Assembly: GCA_036337435.1 (NCBI GenBank)
Contig: JAYZEG010000047.1
Span: 1-37,605, forward strand
Direction: 5' to 3'
Source: Myxococcota bacterium
GTDB taxonomy: Bacteria > Myxococcota_A > Bradymonadia > UBA7976 > UBA1532
Length of the DNA stretch: 37,605 nucleotides
The notes under the pieces are model-generated. The model was given only the letters and a program-made list of their open reading frames with translations. It was not told the origin of the DNA and made no database searches. Below, piece after piece: positions 9,509 to 18,553 of this stretch. The first letter of the stretch is position 1; each line of letters starts with the position of its first letter. Both the position numbers and the translations under genes were made by a program.

Positions 9509-10108
9509 TTATTTGTCCCGTTTCTCCCGCATTCGCTGATCGAGGGACGGAATGCAGACTTCAATATCTTCGATACTGAGCTCGTCATAGGTCTTATCCG
9601 GATTCCGGTCCCCTTTCTGGGAGCCAATCTTTTGGTTTAACTTGGCTTCATTCCGTTCTCGTTTCGCAATGATGATCTTATCTTTATTTTCGCGTATGTG
9701 ACCTACGAGATCCATAACGAGATTATCCATAATCTTGAAGGCGAGCGGTGATTCGGAGCTAAACAACTGGTCGAAGGTCTCGTGGGTCAATTCGAGAATC
9801 GTGGCTTGTGGCGATATGACACGGCACGTTGCGCTGCGACGCTTTCTGTCGATCAGGGCCAAGTGCCCAACTGAACCACCCGGCTTAATGGTCGCCACCT
9901 TCTCTTCCGTCGTCTCTGTCGGCAGATAGACCCCGACCAACCCATCGACCAGACACAGGCAGCTTCGCGCACGTTCATCGACAGCAAAAAGTTGGTCGCC
10001 CAGAGTCCGCTGATGAATGACGACATGGTGGCGGAGCATCTCCAACTCAGTGTTCGATAAGTTCGCGAACAGGTCGAGAGACTGGAGGAGAGGAATCGCG
10101 ATGCTCAT
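9509..10108 (-). CDS. Cyclic nucleotide-binding domain protein (degenerate phosphate-binding cassette, no HTH)
   Basis: LF..LS..EL, V+G.V.V, GHLALID..RRSAT and F.QL cNMP-fold pattern; its start overlaps the upstream stop (ATGA). Confidence 0.85.
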   Translation of the reverse strand: MSIAIPLLQSLDLFANLSNTELEMLRHHVVIHQRTLGDQLFAVDERARSCLCLVDGLVGVYLPTETTEEKVATIKPGGSVGHLALIDRKRRSATCRVISPQATILELTHETFDQLFSSESPLAFKIMDNLVMDLVGHIRENKDKIIIAKRERNEAKLNQKIGSQKGDRNPDKTYDELSIEDIEVCIPSLDQRMREKRDK

Positions 10109-10689
10109 TTGTTTCTCCAGAAAGCGAGTCGGCTCAACACGCTCTTCTCTGCGTCATCCACGAGAGTGTCCCCATCGTCGATCTCATCGCTCTCGATCAT
10201 GTCTTCAATGGGCTGACCACTCTCGATTTGATCTCGCTCGGTCACAGTTTCGCGAATAATTGAATTACTCTGTCGAACGCGGTCGCAAAGCGTGATGGCG
10301 ATCTCGCGAATCACTTTATAAGCGGCCGGGTGCAAATTTCGCCTCAGGAAGTCAAATTCAGCCCGGTCGATTTCAAACAGAGTCACATCACTCATCGCTC
10401 TCACGTGGGCTGTCCGGGGTTGGCCGTCCAAGAGCGCGATTTCACCAAGAACATCGTTCGCGCCCAGTTGTGCGAGGGGAACGCTGACATCCTTACGTTC
10501 CAAGAAAACGTCGAGGGTTCCACTTTGAATCACATAGGCCGCATTGGAGGGGTCACCCTCTTTACACAGAAATTCACCTTCTTTGAGTTGAGACGGTTTG
10601 ATGGCGCGTAACAGCTCATTGAGTTCGTCACCGCTCAATTTCGAAAAGAGCGGCACCTGTGCAAAAAATTGCTGCAATGGATGTGACAT
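10105..10689 (-). CDS. Cyclic nucleotide-binding domain protein (stand-alone)
   Basis: VPLFSKLS, EGD...AYVIQSG and the canonical GEIALLDGQPRTA cassette. ATG 10689 (MSHPLQ) is preferred over the ORF-track start at 10728. Confidence 0.9.
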   Translation of the reverse strand: MSHPLQQFFAQVPLFSKLSGDELNELLRAIKPSQLKEGEFLCKEGDPSNAAYVIQSGTLDVFLERKDVSVPLAQLGANDVLGEIALLDGQPRTAHVRAMSDVTLFEIDRAEFDFLRRNLHPAAYKVIREIAITLCDRVRQSNSIIRETVTERDQIESGQPIEDMIESDEIDDGDTLVDDAEKSVLSRLAFWRNK

Positions 10690-10827
10690 AGATTCTCGGT
10701 CCCATAGGCCCTTAACTTCGGGCACCAATATAACAAATCATGCTTGACGTTGTCTGTTCAAATCAGTCATTCGAGCTATAATTTATGCGTCTCTGACCCA
10801 TAACTCGAGCGGATGGCGCATGGTTGG

Positions 10828-11862
10828 TTACTTTCGACTTAAACGATCGATCATTTCAACGTCAGAGCGTGGGCCGATTGCCAATCCCACTCGCTGGTGT
10901 AGAGAAGTGGGTTGGAGGTCGAGGATTCGTTGGCCATCGACCATGGCAGCACCGCCCGCGATTTCAGCAAGATAAGCCAGTGGATTGCATTCGTAGATCA
11001 AACGGAGCTTGCCCCGTCCCGTGCGACTGTCAACAGGATAGAGATACAAACCGCCCTTGACCAAGTTTCGATGGAAATCCACGACGAGAGAGCCGATATG
11101 CCGACTGGACATGATGCGGGCGTCTTGAGTGTTTCGGGCTTTCAGTGTGTCGAGGGTTGGCCTGACCCAACTCGGCCAATAAGGGGCATTGCATTCGTTA
11201 ATAGAGAGCATCGTCGTTTCGTCTGGCATGCGCACATTTGCCCTCGTCTGAAAAAATTCTCCTGACGAGGGATCCAATGTAAAGCAGTCAACGCTCTCAC
11301 CAGCACTGTATACGAGCACCGTCGATGAGCCATAAACGATATACCCTGCGGCCACGAGTTTTCGGCCCGGTTGAAGAATACAGGTCAGGGAAATCTCTTC
11401 ATCTGCTCGTCGTCGATAAATTCCAAAAATAGTCCCTATGGAGACGCTTACATCACTGTTACTCGACCCATCTAACGGATCAAAAACCACGATGTAGTCG
11501 CCCGCTTGTTCGGATGGCACTTCGATAAATGAGTCTTCTTCTTCTGACGCCATCGCGGCAACACACCCAGACCGTGTCAAGACTTCTACGAGTGTGTCGT
11601 TGGCAATTTGATCCAGTTTTTGGACGCGTTCTCCTTGGACGTTCGTATCTCCGGTAGCGCCCCATAATTCGATGAGGCCAGCGCGTCGAACTTGGGCACT
11701 GATCAGCTTTCCCGCAACCCCGATTTGGGTCAGCAAAGCAGACAGTTGTCCGCGTGCATCGGGGTGAGAGCCCTGATTGGCCATGACGTGTTGTGTCAGA
11801 GTCAGCCCAAAATCCGCTGCTTGAGACATGTCAATATCGTCCTTTCCCCAGGGTTGGAACAT
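10828..11862 (-). CDS. fbp: Class 1 fructose-1,6-bisphosphatase
   Basis: NVQGERVQKLD, ASEE, FDPLDGSSN, SIGTIFGIY, GSLVVDFHRNL and GKLRLIYECNPLA motifs; an alternative start at 11829 is possible. Confidence 0.97.
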   Translation of the reverse strand: MFQPWGKDDIDMSQAADFGLTLTQHVMANQGSHPDARGQLSALLTQIGVAGKLISAQVRRAGLIELWGATGDTNVQGERVQKLDQIANDTLVEVLTRSGCVAAMASEEEDSFIEVPSEQAGDYIVVFDPLDGSSNSDVSVSIGTIFGIYRRRADEEISLTCILQPGRKLVAAGYIVYGSSTVLVYSAGESVDCFTLDPSSGEFFQTRANVRMPDETTMLSINECNAPYWPSWVRPTLDTLKARNTQDARIMSSRHIGSLVVDFHRNLVKGGLYLYPVDSRTGRGKLRLIYECNPLAYLAEIAGGAAMVDGQRILDLQPTSLHQRVGLAIGPRSDVEMIDRLSRK

Positions 11863-11984
11863 AACGAATATCCATCAGACACCAGGGATTTACCTCATTT
11901 TAATGACTTACTTCAACGACATGATTGATCATTGGTCACGGAATCGAGCACAATGAGGAAATCTGAGACGTGCGGAGAGAGTGA

Positions 11985-12965
11985 ATGCGCCTAGCTATAA
12001 TCGTGCTGACTTTTTTCATTTTGAGCGGGTGTGATGATGGCAGCCCCGCTTCGTCTGGCACCGATGCTGGGACGATCCAGCCTGATGCGGTTTTGACCGT
12101 GGATGGCATGACGATTCAAAGATTCGATAGCGCACCAGTGCCCCGTGACGCGCGTGTCGAATTGGATGTGGCCCAAATACCAGTCGATATGTTTGTGCCG
12201 CCTCCGGACACTGGTCCTGCACCCGATGTCGGACCACTTGGCGGTGACCCTTGTGATCCGCGTCTCAACGCCAGGGCGTGTGAACCCGGATTTTTCTGCG
12301 TGCATGTGCCTCAACAGCGGCCCAATGTGGGCCGATGCCAAGCTGGTGATGGATGTCGACCTGGTGTTGAGGGCGACTGTCCAGCGGACAGGCCATATTG
12401 CCACCTGAAGGGCGGTTCGACAGTATGCACCGAAGCCGGGGTGCTCATGGAAGGCGACGATTGTGTCAATGCTCTCGATATTCCAGAACCGTGCGCGGAG
12501 GGGTTGGTTTGTAACAACAGTGTGTGTCAGGTTCCATGTGTTCCTGGTGCTGAAAATGACTGTCCGAATGGAGGCCGCTGCGCCGATATTTCCGAACGGG
12601 TGGGCGTCGAAGCAGGTCTTTGTGGCCCCAGAAATTGCGACTGGTTTACGGGCGACGGTTGTGAGGACGATGAGAAATGCAGTTATGCCATTCGCTCAGA
12701 CGGTGTTCTCGTTGGTTCATGCACCGCTTTGAACGGACCTGGCAATCCTGATGGGTCAATGTGTTCTAACTTGCCAATGGGCGGCGACAAGTGTGCACCA
12801 GGTCTTGTCTGCATTGGGGCGGCAGGACGCGAACGGATTTGTCGAACTCTATGTGACACGGGTCAGTATGAAGCACCTTGTCCTGGCACTCGAGCGTGCG
12901 AAGAACGGCTTCAGACCACGTCGGGTGTTGTTCGAGGGTATGGCCTTTGTGTGACCAATCAGTGA
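11985..12965 (+). CDS. Cys-rich lipoprotein
   Basis: GGAGAG RBS; signal peptide with lipobox LSG-C; Pro/Asp-rich linker; 28 further Cys in four-Cys modules. Confidence 0.85.
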   Translation: MRLAIIVLTFFILSGCDDGSPASSGTDAGTIQPDAVLTVDGMTIQRFDSAPVPRDARVELDVAQIPVDMFVPPPDTGPAPDVGPLGGDPCDPRLNARACEPGFFCVHVPQQRPNVGRCQAGDGCRPGVEGDCPADRPYCHLKGGSTVCTEAGVLMEGDDCVNALDIPEPCAEGLVCNNSVCQVPCVPGAENDCPNGGRCADISERVGVEAGLCGPRNCDWFTGDGCEDDEKCSYAIRSDGVLVGSCTALNGPGNPDGSMCSNLPMGGDKCAPGLVCIGAAGRERICRTLCDTGQYEAPCPGTRACEERLQTTSGVVRGYGLCVTNQ

Positions 12966-12967
12966 GC

Positions 12968-13639
12968 CTAGAAAGCCGTATGTAACCCACACTCGGTTTT
13001 GTCATGGCCCGCCCAGCGACCGGATCTCTCATCATTGGGATCCGATGATGCTTGAGTGCATGGCTGGCAGCCAACGGATAAATAGCCCTCATCATGGAGT
13101 GGATTATAGGGCAGTTTGTGCTCAGAAATATGCTGCCACACGTCCTTTCGAGTCCAGCCAACCAACGGATTCACCTTTACGATATCGCGCCCGTTGACGC
13201 GCTTGTTCTCGATGGCATCAGTCTCTGCTCTCTGTGAACTTTGGTCCCTCCGAAGTGCCGTGACCCACGCATCTAGTCCACTCAGCATGTCACTTGTCGG
13301 CTCTACCTTTCGCATTTGACAACATCGCGAAGGATTCAAGACCGGTAACTCATCTCCGAACCGTATGTTTTGTTCACGGACGCTCAGTTGGGGCTTGATG
13401 ATTTGAATGTCTACATCCAATTGCGCTTCCACGCGACCGATCATGGCCATGGTCTCATCAAAGTGAAAACCGGTATCGATAAAGAACACCTTTACGCCAG
13501 GTTTTAAGCGTCCTGCGAGGTGCATCAAGACGACTCCGCCTGGTCCAAACGCCGTTGAAAGTGCGATCCGATCCTTGAATGTACTCAAGGCCCACGCCAA
13601 CGTGCCCACCGCCGATGAATGTTCAGGAATATGAAACAT
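12968..13639 (-). CDS. cysH: Adenylyl/phosphoadenylyl-sulfate reductase (4Fe-4S APS-reductase type)
   Basis: FIDTGFHF, CCQMRKVEP, LRRDQ, YNPLHDEGYLSVGCQPCT, RSGRW and C-terminal ECGLH. Confidence 0.96.
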   Translation of the reverse strand: MFHIPEHSSAVGTLAWALSTFKDRIALSTAFGPGGVVLMHLAGRLKPGVKVFFIDTGFHFDETMAMIGRVEAQLDVDIQIIKPQLSVREQNIRFGDELPVLNPSRCCQMRKVEPTSDMLSGLDAWVTALRRDQSSQRAETDAIENKRVNGRDIVKVNPLVGWTRKDVWQHISEHKLPYNPLHDEGYLSVGCQPCTQASSDPNDERSGRWAGHDKTECGLHTAF

Positions 13640-13659
13640 AGGTCACCTGGTCAAAAGCT

Positions 13660-13767
13660 TTCGAGGACTTAATTTGACCGAATTGGTGTATTATATACAA
13701 ATGTTTATTATTTTTTTTGAAAATATTAGTATTATTAATATTTTATAAGTTTATCTTTTTGATAGGT
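13660..13767 (-). promoter_or_regulatory. Very AT-rich promoter region upstream of cysH
   Basis: About 100 nt almost devoid of G/C in a GC-balanced genome; contains TATAAT on the minus strand (ATTATA at 13690-13695) and an imperfect inverted repeat at 13670-13693. Confidence 0.6.
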
Positions 13768-14778
13768 TTATTGATCTTTATTGATGGATTCGCCCAGTTT
13801 GGGCGTGTACAGCGCATCGAGTCTCAATTGGACTCTTTCCAACTGGAGTGGACTAAGTTTGTTCCTAATTCGACTCAAAAAATCTCTGGCCGCCGGTGGA
13901 TCATACTGAAAGACAAGGTCGAGAACCGTCGACAAAACGCGTGGGTCTGATGAGTTTGCGAGAGAGTCGTGGGCCTTGCTTTTAATCACCTCTTTACCCA
14001 GCGCGTGTAATGCGGAGACAGTCAGTTCAATGATGCCACCATGCTTGAGATGATTATCGATGATCGCTTTTGAGATATCGTGCATGCCCATTCTGCTCAG
14101 GGCAATCAAAGCCTCACCCCTGAGTTTTCTCGATTTCTTCGGGGATAAAGCAATTTTTTTGAGAATATGCTTGGCCGGGGCGTAGGCTAATTTGCCAATG
14201 CTGTCTATCGCTGCTGCTTGGACACGGTCCGAGGCGTCTTGTGTGCCCCCGAGTAGACATGGCGCGAGGTCAGGATGTACGGCGATGCCTTCAGCAGCGG
14301 CAGCTCGGACAGCCGGCCAAGGGTCTTCATTTAGATGTCGACAGAGCGCATCACGGGCTGAGCCCGACCGAGCCGCCCATATTCTGACTTCGGGGTCCGG
14401 ATGGTCAATGACCTGAGAAAGCAGTGGGACCGCGCCGAACGAATAAAGGAGTGCGGCAATTTCCCGACTGACGGCAATATCAACCGGGGTCTCGACCCGT
14501 TGCATGAGCTCAAATAAGGCGACCGCATGTTGATTGGTGCCTAAATGTTCGGTGGCTCGAATTGCCAAGATTCGCTCCGCCGTGGGCAGTGTTCGATCCG
14601 CGGCGATCGTCACAAGTTGTGTGGGTATCGCCGATGCTTTCGCAGCGATCAGCTCCGCCTGGTTGAGTGAAAATAGCTGTACGATAGCACCTTGGCGGGC
14701 CTCGTCGTACTTGAGAGCCCGCAATGTTGTCGCTGGCTCAAACGCCGTCAATATTAAAATCAGCATTTGCAGGAGCAT
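13768..14778 (-). CDS. HEAT-repeat protein with N-terminal signal-like sequence
   Basis: Repeats DHPDPEVR.WAA, EDPWPAVRAAAAEG, DASDRVQAAAIDSIG and LRGEALIAL; hydrophobic N-terminus. Confidence 0.8.
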   Translation of the reverse strand: MLLQMLILILTAFEPATTLRALKYDEARQGAIVQLFSLNQAELIAAKASAIPTQLVTIAADRTLPTAERILAIRATEHLGTNQHAVALFELMQRVETPVDIAVSREIAALLYSFGAVPLLSQVIDHPDPEVRIWAARSGSARDALCRHLNEDPWPAVRAAAAEGIAVHPDLAPCLLGGTQDASDRVQAAAIDSIGKLAYAPAKHILKKIALSPKKSRKLRGEALIALSRMGMHDISKAIIDNHLKHGGIIELTVSALHALGKEVIKSKAHDSLANSSDPRVLSTVLDLVFQYDPPAARDFLSRIRNKLSPLQLERVQLRLDALYTPKLGESINKDQ

Positions 14779-14868
14779 AATTCACTCTCATCGTCTGGGA
14801 CCGAAGCATCAAACAATCGTTTTTTTTCCACAATTACAATGCTGAAAAGGATAGTCTGATATCCCACT

Positions 14869-15225
14869 GTGACCATTGTTTCGGGGCTCATGTTCATCTC
14901 ATGGCTCGGCGCTTTTGCCGTGACACAACTTATTGAATGTCCCATTTACTGGACTGCTCTACGGCATCTCCATGGGCAGTCTACCTGGCTCATGGCATTC
15001 GGTATCAGCTCGCTCACGCATCCCATTGTTTTCTTTGCTTTTCCACAGCTCAATTTCTCGTCTTATTGGGATATGGTGATGAGCGCTGAAGCATTTGCGA
15101 TTATCGCGGAAGCATTGATCTTGCGCCGAATGGGCCACCAGCGTCCAATCACAATCAGTGTCATTGCGAACCTCAGTAGTGCGGGCGTTGGGCTGACGCT
15201 GCGCGCGCTGACCGGCTTTCCCTAG
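14869..15225 (+). CDS. Small integral membrane protein, unknown function
   Basis: About 4 hydrophobic segments with polar intramembrane residues (TQLIE.P, SLTHP, AE..A...E, ANL.S). It fills the gap between two minus-strand genes; the start may be ATG 14890. Confidence 0.7.
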   Translation: MTIVSGLMFISWLGAFAVTQLIECPIYWTALRHLHGQSTWLMAFGISSLTHPIVFFAFPQLNFSSYWDMVMSAEAFAIIAEALILRRMGHQRPITISVIANLSSAGVGLTLRALTGFP

Positions 15226-15227
15226 AC

Positions 15228-16343
15228 TCAGGTCGTCGCACCACCACATGAACTGCCGGACCCCGCTGTACAGCCAAAGCAATGCCGGTCGACCTGAATG
15301 GTCCTCTGGGCGAAAAGCTGAGGCTCAAAGTCGTGAATGGTCATGGTCTCGCCTGTGTTCAAACGGCTGTCCATCTCGAGCATTTGGTTAAAGTCGCAAT
15401 CAAAGAGCTTACCGTCCCAAGACACCGACATCGTGTTTCGACACATCAGTCCGTTGGCGGTCGCCGGATTATAAGCATTGGACAGTCGTTGCATGTACCC
15501 TGCAAGATTGCCCGACTCCAGGAGCCATTCAAGGAAACGCGAAATGGGCATATTGTTTAAACAGAAAAGCCTATCGAAGGTGACACCGTGGTTCTTGAAC
15601 AGTGCTTTCTTCCATTCCGACTCAAGCTGAGTTTGATCCCCTGCCAAAAAGCAACCAGCTGGATTCGACATGAGGGTCAGGATTCGGTCGGGGTGCCCTT
15701 GCCCATACCCTGCTTCATTGAGGCGCGCCAAGGCCGCAATCGATTTTTCATAGGTTCCGTCCCCCCGCTGAGCATCCGTATTCCTCGCTCGATAATGAGG
15801 CAACGAACAGACGACCTCGACCCCGCGCTCTGCGAACCACTCGGGTAAATGCTGATACTTTGGGAGCATCAACACGGTGAGATTACAACGGTCGATCACA
15901 TGTTTACCACGGCGAACGCATTCATCGACGAGATACTCGAAGTGGGGGTTTAACTCCGGCGCACCGCCTGTGAGGTCGACGGTGTGCGCACTGGTTTTGT
16001 CCAGTGCTTTCAAGCACGCATCAATGGTGTTTCGATCCATATTTTCGGCGGTGCGGTCAGGCCCTGCGTCCACATGGCAATGGCGGCATGTCATGTTGCA
16101 GAGTTTGCCTAAATTGATTTGAAAAATCTCCAGCTTGGCCGGTGTTATACCACCCGAGAATTCCGTATCCCGTAGACGATCGATGAAATTAAGGTCTCCT
16201 GCATTTTTCGCTAACTCAGCCAGCTGTTGGTCTGGGCTTGCCAAGGGAACGCGGCGTGCGGCCAGTGATGTGACACGCAGCCTTTTCGGCCGCTGGACCG
16301 GCACGGGTCTCGGTTCTGCGATTTTGGTGAGTTCACGTCTCAT
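15228..16343 (-). CDS. arsS: Arsenosugar-biosynthesis-type radical SAM protein ArsS (C-terminal DUF3641-like domain)
   Basis: QINLGKLCNMTCRHCHVDAGP, DLTGGAPELNP, DRCNL, NMPISRF, LMCR, DCDFNQML and terminal HCFGCTAGSGSSCGG. Confidence 0.9.
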   Translation of the reverse strand: MRRELTKIAEPRPVPVQRPKRLRVTSLAARRVPLASPDQQLAELAKNAGDLNFIDRLRDTEFSGGITPAKLEIFQINLGKLCNMTCRHCHVDAGPDRTAENMDRNTIDACLKALDKTSAHTVDLTGGAPELNPHFEYLVDECVRRGKHVIDRCNLTVLMLPKYQHLPEWFAERGVEVVCSLPHYRARNTDAQRGDGTYEKSIAALARLNEAGYGQGHPDRILTLMSNPAGCFLAGDQTQLESEWKKALFKNHGVTFDRLFCLNNMPISRFLEWLLESGNLAGYMQRLSNAYNPATANGLMCRNTMSVSWDGKLFDCDFNQMLEMDSRLNTGETMTIHDFEPQLFAQRTIQVDRHCFGCTAGSGSSCGGATT

Positions 16344-16349
16344 ACGAGC

Positions 16350-16682
16350 CTACATCGACACTTTTTTTACGTGGTCAAGCATTTGCATCCCATGGACCAG
16401 GGCTGCACCACCACGAATGGCCGATGCAACATGGATTGCCTCGGTCATTTCTTCTAAGTCCGAGCCTTTCTCGAGGCATTCCTTGCTGTAGGCATCGATA
16501 CAATATGCGCATTGGACCGTGTGTGACACGGCGAGAGCAATCAGTGCTTTTTCGCGGGTGGTGAGTGCGCCGTCCTGAAAACAGGCGGCATACCAGCTGA
16601 AAAACTTCTCGCCGAGTTCTGGGTTGCCCTCGGCAATTGAGCCGAAGTGTGCAAGATGCTCAGCTTTATAATACTCGCTCAT
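16350..16682 (-). CDS. CMD/AhpD-family peroxidase-like protein associated with arsS
   Basis: GALTTREKALIALAVSH..QCAYCID, EAIHVA.AIRGGA.LVHG; GGGAGAG RBS before ATG 16682; ends 6 nt upstream of arsS. Confidence 0.9.
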   Translation of the reverse strand: MSEYYKAEHLAHFGSIAEGNPELGEKFFSWYAACFQDGALTTREKALIALAVSHTVQCAYCIDAYSKECLEKGSDLEEMTEAIHVASAIRGGAALVHGMQMLDHVKKVSM

Positions 16683-16783
16683 GTGTACTCTCCCGGTTGC
16701 AAACCGATGTGAAACGTCAGCGTCACCGACCGACCCAGACACTGATTCGGTCCCCAGTCGTATCGTTGTCTTCGCGGTCCCCC

Positions 16784-17527
16784 TTAAAGGTCCAACTTCA
16801 GAAAGACGCCGACTTGGTAATTGGTTCCGTTCATATCATCCGGATCAATGTCCTCAGCACCAACGGCCTCCCGCAATTGCGTTTCGAACTGAGCTGCTTG
16901 AGGATTCTCTTCGATGAAGGCTTTGATGGCCTCTGATTTGGCGGTTCCGTTTACATCATCGCCGCTCAACATCCAGTGATACCCGTAAGACGCTTCTAAG
17001 CCGATGTAGAAAACAGGCAAAATTGGATAGTCCAGCTGCACTCGAACTCGGGGTCCGACGCCGACGGCCCACTCACTCAGCTCTCCGGCTGTCTCAGCAA
17101 AGTTGTCGTCGTAGGCGGTGACCAATTGGTCTGTGAGATCGTCGCCCAATAGACCCCGTAGCTCCGTGCTGATGTTCAAGCTCTCAGCCTCGGCGTCAGG
17201 GAATTTAAAGATCATCGCGCTCAGGTAGCCGCCGATGCTCAACCTCGCTCCGAGGTCAAAGTCAAAACTTGTCCCTAGATTGGCTGTCAGCATAAATTCA
17301 TCGCCGCCCATAATGAAGCCCTCGCCGAACGCTTCGATGCCAAGCAATTCGACACCCACTTCACCTCCGAAAGCGAAGTCCTTATTGAGATTGCTAAATA
17401 CATCTCCTGTGCCCTGAATGTAATTTCCTTTGCCGGCGATCCAGGCTGAGAGTAGGTCCGCCGACGCGACGCTCGGCACAAGGCAGCAAAGCCACAAGAG
17501 GACGATGTTAAATGGGCGCGTATACAT
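16784..17527 (-). CDS. Exported protein, probable outer-membrane beta-barrel
   Basis: Signal peptide ending ASA-D; alternating Gly/aromatic strands (FAFGGEVGVEL, FYIGLEASYGY); terminal strand YQVGVFLKLDL. ATG 17527 is preferred. Confidence 0.65.
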   Translation of the reverse strand: MYTRPFNIVLLWLCCLVPSVASADLLSAWIAGKGNYIQGTGDVFSNLNKDFAFGGEVGVELLGIEAFGEGFIMGGDEFMLTANLGTSFDFDLGARLSIGGYLSAMIFKFPDAEAESLNISTELRGLLGDDLTDQLVTAYDDNFAETAGELSEWAVGVGPRVRVQLDYPILPVFYIGLEASYGYHWMLSGDDVNGTAKSEAIKAFIEENPQAAQFETQLREAVGAEDIDPDDMNGTNYQVGVFLKLDL

Positions 17528-17651
17528 GGTGAGGCCTTCCGTGATCCGTTGATGACTTAACCATGGCACTCTGTATCAACTGGACTGGCCTGTTCAAGTC
17601 TAAATGTGACCAGGTTGCTCTAAAATCGAGAGACCGCGGTCAGCGTTCGTT

Positions 17652-18398
17652 TCAACGAGAGCTGATATCCAACCCTAGGAGTATAAGATTTCGGGGTTGG
17701 TCGCCGAGAAACTGGTAATTGTTTACTCTGTTCATCGACAGAAATAAGCGACTCGCTGCGCGAATGCCTGAAAATCGCCAACCCAGATCGAGAGCGTGTC
17801 CAAAATCCAGATACGGGATGACTGTGCTTTCATTTCGATGCATATTTAATCGCAATCGCATCTGACTGGAGATGGTTCTACTCCATGGCCATTCCACAGA
17901 TAGATTGGCCCCGGCCAAGAGGTAATCGAAGGGCCAGACTTGTTGTCGTCCGCTCAGACGAGTCCCGCGGTCATAATAGACACCAACATCAAAGTCCGTG
18001 CGCTTGAGCCTTAAGAAGACCGCGTAATATTCATAGGCCAGTGTTTCCCGGGCCAGACTCTGATCTGTCGTGTCGATATCGTGGTTTGATTGGTGTTTGA
18101 CCAACAAACCCCAAGTGCGACTGCCTTTGTCCAATGGAAACGAGAGTCTAGCCCCTACGGGGAAATGAATTTGCTCTGGCGAAATTCGGAAAGGAGTTTC
18201 ATCGCGTCGGTTTGAACGGACGTAGGTCAAATGGTCGATGAATACGCCCAGATGCCAATTCGACCCTTCGACAAGGCCGAGCTCAGTCGATAGGGAAAAT
18301 TGCCCCCTGAGTTGTTTATCCCCACCTAAGTCATGGGCAACGGACGCTGCACCAGAAAAGTCTGGAAACCAAATCAGTGCTGCTAAAATTATATTCAT
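17652..18398 (-). CDS. Hypothetical protein, probable outer-membrane beta-barrel
   Basis: Amphipathic beta-strand patterns (GQFSLSTELG, FDVGVYY, LDLGWRF, LILLGLDI) and an HQSNHDID loop; start uncertain (18398 or 18434). Confidence 0.55.
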   Translation of the reverse strand: MNIILAALIWFPDFSGAASVAHDLGGDKQLRGQFSLSTELGLVEGSNWHLGVFIDHLTYVRSNRRDETPFRISPEQIHFPVGARLSFPLDKGSRTWGLLVKHQSNHDIDTTDQSLARETLAYEYYAVFLRLKRTDFDVGVYYDRGTRLSGRQQVWPFDYLLAGANLSVEWPWSRTISSQMRLRLNMHRNESTVIPYLDFGHALDLGWRFSGIRAASRLFLSMNRVNNYQFLGDQPRNLILLGLDISSR

Positions 18399-18553
18399 GA
18401 CGTCGTTTTTCACACCACACGTATCTGGTGCCAACTATACCCGATTTGTATCAGATCAAATACGTACGGTGATACAGACCCTGGATTCTTGCCCTCAGCA
18501 GCACCTTGTGGCACCAATGATGGGTGGCAGTGAAGTGTGGAGTATCAGCGTCG

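Noticed and set aside
13717..13950. 77-aa ORF with hydrophobic N-terminus
   Set aside because: The hydrophobicity is an artefact of the T-rich promoter DNA, and the rest is antisense to the HEAT gene.
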